32,000 nucleotides of DNA from the NCBI GenBank assembly GCA_043808785.1, contig JAZDEL010000003.1, positions 51,237-83,236 of the forward strand, read 5' to 3'. The position numbers and the translations under genes are program-made. The notes beneath the pieces were generated by a model, which saw only the letters and a list, made by a program, of their open reading frames with translations, was not told the origin of the DNA and did no database searches. Below, one piece after another: positions 15,912 through 22,056 of the stretch (its first letter is position 1; every line of letters starts with the position of its first letter). The DNA is from Candidatus Iainarchaeum sp. GTDB lineage: Archaea; Iainarchaeota; Iainarchaeia; Iainarchaeales; JAZDEL01.

Positions 15912-16523
15912 TTACAATATCCCGAGCTTTGTGGCAACATCCCCCGCCTTGAAAGCCCTGTTGATTTTCACAATCGCCCTCTTCCTCGCCTTTGTGTCGT
16001 TCAGCACGTTCACCGCATCCACCTTAATTCCGTAAAGCGCCTCAACAGCCTTCTTTACCTCGCCCTTTGTCGCGGCCCTGCTGACTATGAACACAAGCTT
16101 GTTTTCCGCCTCTATCATGTTTACTGACTTTTCAGTTATGAGCGGGTGCTGTATAACGCCGTAAGCTGAAATCTGGTCGTCCTTTGTCACCTTGCGCGAC
16201 TTCATTTCCTCCACGATTTTCTTCGCTGCCTCGGGGCTAATTTTTGCAACTTCCCCCCTGCCTTTTCCCGCGCCTTTTGCATCCTTCCCTTTCCCCGCTT
16301 TGCCTCCTTTCTTTCCGCCGAGCGGAAGCCTGTCTGTAATCGAACCAACAACGCCTTTCTTTTCCTGCGCCTTTTTCTCGCCCCCTTTCTCCCCTGCCTT
16401 GTGCACATCCTTCCCGCCTTTGCTATCGTGCTTCTCGCTTTCGCCCTTCTCCGCGCCCGAGCCCTTGCCGCCCTTTGCGGCCTCTGCAGTGCCGCTGGTT
16501 TTCTTTCCGTAATAATGCGCCAT
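15912..16523 (-). CDS. rpl23: 50S ribosomal protein L23 (uL23) with a ~115-aa Lys/Gly N-terminal extension
   Basis: The C-terminal ~85 aa, YGVIQHPLITEKSVNMIEAENKLVFIVSRAATKGEVKKAVEALYGIKVDAVNVLN, is the uL23 core. The head (nt 16179-16523) is GGKGSGAEKGESEKHDSKGGKDVHKAGEKGGEKKAQEKK... Confidence 0.9.
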   Translation of the reverse strand: MAHYYGKKTSGTAEAAKGGKGSGAEKGESEKHDSKGGKDVHKAGEKGGEKKAQEKKGVVGSITDRLPLGGKKGGKAGKGKDAKGAGKGRGEVAKISPEAAKKIVEEMKSRKVTKDDQISAYGVIQHPLITEKSVNMIEAENKLVFIVSRAATKGEVKKAVEALYGIKVDAVNVLNDTKARKRAIVKINRAFKAGDVATKLGIL

Positions 16524-16527
16524 GCTC

Positions 16528-17331
16528 TCACTTCTCCCCGAGTTTTGTTATCGCGCTTTCCGTCCAGATTGTCAGCCTTCCCGGCATACACCCGGGCGCA
16601 AGCAGTTCGACGTTAAGGTTTCTTATCCCGCATACATCAACGCCCTCAAGGTTCCTTGCCGCCCTGAAAATATTCTCCGTGTTTCCCGCGACTATAAGTA
16701 TGCTCTTCGCCTTCTTGTATTTCCTTCCGCGCCTCTTTCCCTTTCCGGCGCGGACGTGCTTCCTTGCCTTCGCCCTCTCCACATCGCTCCACAATTTGAG
16801 TTTCTGCAGAACCTCGACAACATCGCGGGTTTTCTGCAGGTTCTCAAGCGCTGTATCGACAACAACCGGAATCGCAACCCCCTCCCCAAACTTGTGCCCG
16901 CGCTTCCTCACAATCTTCTCGCTTGCTGTTGCGGCAATCGCGGATTCGACAGCCTTCCTTTTCTCCTTGCGGTTTATTTTTTCCTTCGTGATTGTTTCGG
17001 GCTTGAGCTTGTGCGCTTTTGGCCCGCCGACAACCTGCGGCACAAGCGCCGCATTTCCCCCGCCGATAAACCTGCGGTTCTTCATCCTCGGCAGCCTTGC
17101 CTTTTCTATGTTAATCGTCCTGTGCCTCTGCGGCTTTCTCCTTGCGCCGATGTACTCAGCGGTGTAATTCCTTCCAGCCCTCGGGTTCGGCCCTTTCGGC
17201 TGTATCCTCGCGGTCTGCACTGAAATCACCGCGCGCTTTATCAGGCCCGCGTCTATCTCCGCCTCGAACGCGGAGGGCAGGGAAATGCTCCTGAGCTTCT
17301 CCCCTTTTAGTGAAAATACGTCTGCTTTCAT
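16528..17331 (-). CDS. rpl4: 50S ribosomal protein L4 (uL4)
   Basis: 267 aa: QPKGPNPRAGRNYTAEYIGARRKPQRHRTINIEKARLPRMK...LAPGCMPGRLTIWTESA is the archaeal uL4 pattern. Confidence 0.93.
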   Translation of the reverse strand: MKADVFSLKGEKLRSISLPSAFEAEIDAGLIKRAVISVQTARIQPKGPNPRAGRNYTAEYIGARRKPQRHRTINIEKARLPRMKNRRFIGGGNAALVPQVVGGPKAHKLKPETITKEKINRKEKRKAVESAIAATASEKIVRKRGHKFGEGVAIPVVVDTALENLQKTRDVVEVLQKLKLWSDVERAKARKHVRAGKGKRRGRKYKKAKSILIVAGNTENIFRAARNLEGVDVCGIRNLNVELLAPGCMPGRLTIWTESAITKLGEK

Positions 17332-17353
17332 ACAATCCCTGCCTCAAGCGAAG

Positions 17354-18502
17354 TTATGCCGCTTCCTCCCCCTCCGCTTCGCCCTCTGCGCGGGTTTCGT
17401 TCTTTCTCCCGCTGACCTTCAAATCAACAACCTTCCAGTTCTGCACCTGTGCCTTCCTCACGTTCCTGCGCATTGCAACCGCCCTTTTCGCAGGGCCGGG
17501 GACAGAGCCCGCAAGAAGCAAAAATTCATTCTCTATTTTCCCGTAATGCCTGAAACCCCCGACAGGGTTTATCGCGCTTGCATCGGCGCCCATCATTATA
17601 ATGCGCTTGTTGATTTCAGTCCTGTTGTGGTAGCCCATCTGCCCCGCCCTTGCAACCGTGTACATCACTGTCGAGGGGTTCCACGGGCCTATGCTTCCCA
17701 CAATCCTCTGGGTTTTCGATTTGGGCCTCTGTGTTTTCACCCCGAACCTTTTCACAGGCCCCTCGAATCCGTGCCCTTTGTTTACTGCCCTTACATCAAC
17801 AAACTGCTTTTCCTCAAAAACATCCCCTACGCGCAGTTCCTGCCCGAGCTTCGATTTCGCATATTCAAGCTGTGAATTTACTCCGCCTGTCAGCGCGATT
17901 TCCGAGACATCGGGCCTTTTCTTTTCCCCGCCGGAAAGCCTTGGCTGTGTGTGAACAAGAAGCCTTATTTCAAGGATTTTATCCTTTGCCTTCTCCATAT
18001 CCGCGAGAGCAGGCATTGCCTTTTCCGTGCCCTTCCCCCCCGCACCGGCGTTTACCACGGTTTCCCTTCCGCCTTTCCCTTCCTTCGCAAGTTCCGCACC
18101 CCTCCCGTGCCCCCTGCCCTTCTTTTTGAAGTTCCTGATTCTCCTTCTCAAATCCTTGTCCACATTATCCGCAAGCACATCCCCTAGCGCGTGCATCCCG
18201 TAAGTTCCCTCGACCTTGCCGTATGCGCGTATTCCGAAAACTTTCATGGGCGGGCATTCGATTGCGGTAGCGGGCACTATAATTTCCTGCCCGTAACTCA
18301 CAGCGCGCTCGTGCCTGTCTGTGCCCATCAGTTGCAGCATCCCGACTTTGTAACCCATAAAGTTCAATGGTTTCGCCACATCCCCCTTTCCCGCCCACGC
18401 CTCCTTGGGGCCGAACGAGCGGAAGCTCGGCGTCTGCTTTTTCGCGCGAACGCGCGGGTAATAGCTTTTGCTTCCCGAATGTGGCTTGCTTTTTCTCGAC
18501 AT
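17354..18502 (-). CDS. rpl3: 50S ribosomal protein L3 (uL3), first gene of the operon
   Basis: ATG at 18502 gives MSRKSKPHSGSKSYYPRVRAKK...GYKVGMLQLMG...VFGIRAYG...HTQP...GFEGPVKRFGVKTQRPKSKTQRIVGSIGPWNPS, the uL3 pattern. There is an internal Lys/Gly-rich insertion (RNFKKKGRGHGRGAELAKEGKGGRE). The upstream 27 codons of the track ORF have no support. Confidence 0.93.
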   Translation of the reverse strand: MSRKSKPHSGSKSYYPRVRAKKQTPSFRSFGPKEAWAGKGDVAKPLNFMGYKVGMLQLMGTDRHERAVSYGQEIIVPATAIECPPMKVFGIRAYGKVEGTYGMHALGDVLADNVDKDLRRRIRNFKKKGRGHGRGAELAKEGKGGRETVVNAGAGGKGTEKAMPALADMEKAKDKILEIRLLVHTQPRLSGGEKKRPDVSEIALTGGVNSQLEYAKSKLGQELRVGDVFEEKQFVDVRAVNKGHGFEGPVKRFGVKTQRPKSKTQRIVGSIGPWNPSTVMYTVARAGQMGYHNRTEINKRIIMMGADASAINPVGGFRHYGKIENEFLLLAGSVPGPAKRAVAMRRNVRKAQVQNWKVVDLKVSGRKNETRAEGEAEGEEAA

Positions 18503-18689
18503 CTGATTTCCGCCTGTTAAATTCACGCAGCCCCGTGCGGGTGCGTGCAATCCACGCCTGCGCGCCTCCAGCGGGAAGCGCACACATGCACGAGCGCAGG
18601 CTTACGCCTTACGCACGCGCAAAGCGCGAGTATGGTACACAGGAAAGCCGATGCTTTCTGTTTTCGGGGGATTCCGAAAATCCAAATCC

Positions 18690-18716
18690 AAAAAAAAGCA
18701 AAATCGCTTTTTTTGC
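18690..18716 (-). terminator. Terminator/attenuator-like hairpin plus U8 inside the rpl3 upstream region
   Basis: The minus strand reads GCAAAA AAAGCGA TTTTGC followed by TTTTTTTT (plus A8 at 18690-18697). Oligo-T on the coding strand is the archaeal termination signal. Confidence 0.4.
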
Positions 18717-18720
18717 ATTT

Positions 18721-18747
18721 ATATCCGCGCGGGTTCCGCGCCGATAT
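18721..18747. promoter_or_regulatory. 27-nt near-perfect palindrome between the two TATA-like boxes
   Basis: The sequence is atatc c gcgcgg gtt ccgcgc c gatat, an 11-bp stem with one C-C mismatch. It could be an operator or a 5' leader hairpin. Confidence 0.4.
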
Positions 18748-18782
18748 AGTGTACAACACTTACATATTTGCCCCGAGGAAAG

Positions 18783-18790
18783 TATATAAA
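18783..18790 (-). promoter_or_regulatory. Candidate TATA box (TTTATATA) for the r-protein super-operon or a leader RNA
   Basis: The minus strand reads GGTTTATATACT, a perfect archaeal TATA consensus about 285 nt upstream of the rpl3 ATG. A second candidate, ATATAAAT (17-24), lies at 18717-18724. Confidence 0.45.
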
Positions 18791-18884
18791 CCTTCTTGCG
18801 CGGGTTTCTGGACCTGCAGTGGGGAGCGGTTTCCCCGGGGTTTTTGCCGCTATGCCGCTAAAACCGCGTGCGGCTGTTTGCTAT

Positions 18885-18890
18885 AAAAAA
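18885..18890 (-). terminator. T6 tract about 60 nt after the stop of the Tyr-rich surface protein gene
   Basis: The minus strand reads GCTAATTTTTTATAGC, a candidate archaeal oligo-T terminator. Confidence 0.35.
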
Positions 18891-18950
18891 TTAGCGAAGC
18901 CAAAAGACTTTTTCCTGAGTTTTGCAGTGTTTTTCGGGTTCGAAGGGGGC

Positions 18951-21125
18951 TTAATGCGTGTTGCCCGAGCCGCACGCCTTCGGTTCGCACTTATGTTTAG
19001 GCATTGAAACCCTTCTTCCCGAGGTTGCCCTGTAAACCATCCAGAGCATTGTGAGGATAAGCACAACAAGCCCGATATTGACCGCGTTCCCGTTCAGCAC
19101 GGCGAATGCCGTCCCCGCAAGCCCTGTGAAGCTGGTTCCGTTCCCCGAACCCGCACCGGAACCCGCGTTGCTGTTTTGGTTCCCGCTTCCCGAACCATTA
19201 TCGCCGTTGCCCGAACCCGAACCGTTATCCGAACCCGCGTTGCTGTTTTGGTTCCCGTTGCCGTAACCCGAACCGTTGTTGTTTTCGTTTTCATTCTCTT
19301 CCTCGGCAGGCCAGTAACCGTTCTCCCCTTCCACAACGCGCGTGTATTTTTCGATTATGGTTTCGCCGTTAACCTCTACCCTGTAAACAACAAACCCTGT
19401 TTCGCGCCCGAGGTTGCTTATCCTCACAACCTTTTCCGCGTAGGTTTGCCGTGGGATGTTGATGGTTTGGGGGAAAACATCAACACCCTCACCAGCAAGT
19501 GTAATTATGGCTGCGGAATCGAAAGGGTTGTCTATTTTCAGTTCAATGTAACCAATGCCGCCCCTTGAATTGTCTATCTCCGCCTGTTCGGGAAAATTAA
19601 AACCAAACCCTGCCGCGCTAAAGTTCGCGGCTGCGTTTGTTTTGTTATTTTTGCCCCCTTTCATGTAAACCTGCACAGCGTTGCTTTTTATTGCGCAGCT
19701 TATGCCCGAACTGAAATGCCCGTTTGCGGTTATGTAAATTGTTCCAGTGTCATCCGCCTTTGCCTCGTTTGCGTAAGTCCAGAACCCTGTGCGGGCGCGC
19801 TCGCCCTTGAGAACAACAGAATCCTTCACATATCCCGAAGCGGAGAACTCTGTTGCATATTCCTCAACCTGCACGGAATCAACATAAAAATTCAGCGCTG
19901 AATTATTTTTCAGGTAAATCTCCGCGTACGCGCTCTCCCCGGCATCGACGCTTACCCCCGCGCGGTTTTCGAAACCGAGTGAGTAGCAATTGCCTTTGGG
20001 AGTGTAGGTGCCGGTGCCGCTGCCTTTGCTCTGCGAAGCACCGGTGCTGTATTCGCCTGTACTCACACTCACATCCTTCCATGAATTATCGCCCGCGTTT
20101 TTGGGTTCGTATGAGGAAGCACTGTACGCGTACTCATAATCTCCGCTCTTCTCCGCAGGCTTATCCTTTGCCTTGCCGCTAACGTGTATCGTGAACTCCG
20201 CTGCCCTAATATCCCCGAGCGAGCAGTTTGTTCCGTCCGTGAACACGCCGCTTACCTTGACATTCGCGCTTATGTCCGCGCTCGACGCGGTGCCGATTGC
20301 CTCGAGCCTTACCTTGATTTCCCTCGTGCTTCCGCTCGGCACAAGTGAATCGTAATCCTTCCCTGTCTCGGTTACATCGAACCCTCCGATGTAAACCGAA
20401 ACGTTCTTTATCGTGAAATTCTTTTTTGAATTATTTTTCACATAAACGGTTGCGTAACCCTTCTCCCCTGCCGTTATGTAGAAATCATCCGCACTCAGCG
20501 CCATCTCGGTGCAGTAAGCGCCCTGCGGATACTTGTAATCGTACCCTGTATATTCCCCGTAACCGACACTGCGCCCCGAACCATATCCTCCGCCGTAACT
20601 TACAGTGTATGTGGGGCCGTAATATGCCGTCCCGCCGCTGTATGCTCCGCTGTAATACCCCCTGTCCGCAGGCCAGTAGTATGCGTTCCCGTAATACACA
20701 TACCCGTAATCGCCAACCCAGTTAGGGTAATAATTCCAGTTCCCGCCCCAGTAGTAATAATTTGGCGCGTAGTAGGGCGAGTAATAATATCCGTAACTCT
20801 CCCCGTACCAGTACCTCTGCCCGTAATAAACAGGCGTGTCCCTGTACCAGTACCTGTTCCCTCCGTAATACCAGCCCGGTTCGTAATTGTAATAATTGCC
20901 CGAGTAATAAACCCTGTAGGGTGTGTCAAAATAGTAATAATTTCCGTAGTGGTATGCGTAATACGGTTCCGAATACGCGCTCCAGTGCCCGCCCGAGAAT
21001 ACCTCTACAGACCAATCATTGTTGTAATATCCGAATGCCCATCCCGCGCTCACGCCTGTTGCAATGAAAAGCAGGGCCAGGCCTGCGAGCGCAATTTTGC
21101 AGAAAATCCCCCAATTGCGGTTCAT
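18951..21125 (-). CDS. Anchored surface protein
   Basis: Domain order: signal peptide, 173-aa Tyr/Gly/Asn-rich region, two Cys-bracketed beta-sandwich-like domains, NPxD domain, Gly/Ser/Asn linker, C-terminal TM anchor. First ATG at 21125 (the track start at 21146 is GTG and abuts the TATA box). MNRNWGIFCKIALAGLALLFIATGVSAG is the signal or anchor. The C-terminus is TGLAGTAFAVLNGNAVNIGLVVLILTMLWMVYR followed by a basic tail. I recognise no family by eye. Confidence 0.8.
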   Translation of the reverse strand: MNRNWGIFCKIALAGLALLFIATGVSAGWAFGYYNNDWSVEVFSGGHWSAYSEPYYAYHYGNYYYFDTPYRVYYSGNYYNYEPGWYYGGNRYWYRDTPVYYGQRYWYGESYGYYYSPYYAPNYYYWGGNWNYYPNWVGDYGYVYYGNAYYWPADRGYYSGAYSGGTAYYGPTYTVSYGGGYGSGRSVGYGEYTGYDYKYPQGAYCTEMALSADDFYITAGEKGYATVYVKNNSKKNFTIKNVSVYIGGFDVTETGKDYDSLVPSGSTREIKVRLEAIGTASSADISANVKVSGVFTDGTNCSLGDIRAAEFTIHVSGKAKDKPAEKSGDYEYAYSASSYEPKNAGDNSWKDVSVSTGEYSTGASQSKGSGTGTYTPKGNCYSLGFENRAGVSVDAGESAYAEIYLKNNSALNFYVDSVQVEEYATEFSASGYVKDSVVLKGERARTGFWTYANEAKADDTGTIYITANGHFSSGISCAIKSNAVQVYMKGGKNNKTNAAANFSAAGFGFNFPEQAEIDNSRGGIGYIELKIDNPFDSAAIITLAGEGVDVFPQTINIPRQTYAEKVVRISNLGRETGFVVYRVEVNGETIIEKYTRVVEGENGYWPAEEENENENNNGSGYGNGNQNSNAGSDNGSGSGNGDNGSGSGNQNSNAGSGAGSGNGTSFTGLAGTAFAVLNGNAVNIGLVVLILTMLWMVYRATSGRRVSMPKHKCEPKACGSGNTH

Positions 21126-21147
21126 ATAATAACTTCTGCCGAACACC

Positions 21148-21155
21148 TATTTAAA
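21148..21155 (-). promoter_or_regulatory. TATA box (TTTAAATA) of the Tyr-rich surface protein gene
   Basis: It is centred about 26 nt upstream of ATG 21125, which implies a leaderless transcript. Confidence 0.6.
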
Positions 21156-21184
21156 CCTTTCCTTTCTTCACGGTAATGAGTGAA

Positions 21185-21916
21185 TTAGCCCTTCATTTTG
21201 CCTTTTCCGCGCGTTATAACCAGCACAGCGGCGATTATGAACAGCACAAAAGGCGCGGGTATTTCAGGTGCATCGAGCGGGTTATGGGCGTCCGCTATTG
21301 TGAAATAGGTTGTGGCTTCGTTGTTCCAGGTTTGCGGGTCCTGTTCGACGCGGGCGGCTGATGCGCCTGTACAGCCACCAGTATGTTCAGCCTCCCTTAT
21401 TTCATCAATAAAAACCCTGAGCCTGTAGGTGCCTTCCCTGATTTTTATTTCGTTGTCTCCTGCAGATACTGCAGCGGGATTTAAGACCCTTATGCAAGGG
21501 CGGGGGATGCCGTTATTTTCAGGGAAACCCCTTTCTTCGCCAGTTTCGAAATATTCCTGCTTCATTTCCAATATTGTAAACCTTTCAGGCTGGAGGCCGG
21601 GCGGGGGCCCCCCCTCGCTGGCATGCGTTGCAGCATCTATGAGTTCCGCACTTATATCCGCGCATAAAGGCTTGCCTGACACATTTTTTATTTGCAGGTT
21701 TATATACATCCAGTCTCCGTAGAAAAAGATGCCGTCTTTATCCCCAAGCCCCCCGGTGCCGACACAATCAGGGAATGTGTCTCCATTGCCACCGCCGTCA
21801 CTAAGCTCGAACTCAGTTATCGCAAGCAGGTCGGGAGGGTTGACGGCTGTTGCTGCGGTGGCCAGTGCAGGCAACAGCAGCATGCACACAAAAGCCAAAC
21901 GCGGAAAATTGCCCAT
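21185..21916 (-). CDS. Small secreted protein with a C-terminal TM anchor (243 aa)
   Basis: ATG at 21916 gives MGNFPRLAFVCMLLLPALATAATA, a signal peptide. The C-terminus PEIPAPFVLFIIAAVLVITRGKGKMKG is a Pro-rich motif, then a TM, then a basic cluster. Function unknown. Confidence 0.7.
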   Translation of the reverse strand: MGNFPRLAFVCMLLLPALATAATAVNPPDLLAITEFELSDGGGNGDTFPDCVGTGGLGDKDGIFFYGDWMYINLQIKNVSGKPLCADISAELIDAATHASEGGPPPGLQPERFTILEMKQEYFETGEERGFPENNGIPRPCIRVLNPAAVSAGDNEIKIREGTYRLRVFIDEIREAEHTGGCTGASAARVEQDPQTWNNEATTYFTIADAHNPLDAPEIPAPFVLFIIAAVLVITRGKGKMKG

Positions 21917-21947
21917 GGCAAAACACCGCATGAATAAGGGCTCGGGA

Positions 21948-21955
21948 TTATTTAA
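21948..21955 (-). promoter_or_regulatory. TATA-like box (TTAAATAA) of the 243-aa anchored protein gene
   Basis: It is centred about 35 nt upstream of ATG 21916. The upstream ATG at 21931 would lie before the predicted transcription start. Confidence 0.4.
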
Positions 21956-22056
21956 GCCTTTTGTGCCTAAGGTGCGGCTGGTTTTTTGGGCTTTGTGGAG
22001 CGGCAGTGCCGCGCTTTGCGGGCTTATAAGCAGTTTGCAGCGCTGAAATTATTGCG

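Noticed and set aside
18165-18886. Several 78-140-aa ORFs on both strands in the rpl3 upstream region (18165..18587, 18367..18789, 18523..18759, 18545..18886).
   Set aside because: They overlap each other and the rpl3 5' end. They have no SD or TATA in a sensible position and their composition is Arg/Ala/Cys-rich. The region is better explained as a structured leader or promoter.
18936-18944. GGGTTCGAA, resembling a tRNA T-loop.
   Set aside because: The flanks cannot form a T-stem and there is no acceptor or anticodon arm. It lies in the last codons and 3' end of the surface protein gene.
20600-20929. 109-aa same-strand alternative-frame ORF (Thr/Gly/Ile-rich) and plus-strand ORFs inside the Tyr-rich region.
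   Set aside because: They are by-products of the repetitive TAY/GGN codon pattern. The Tyr-rich frame is continuous with the signal peptide upstream and the folded domains downstream.
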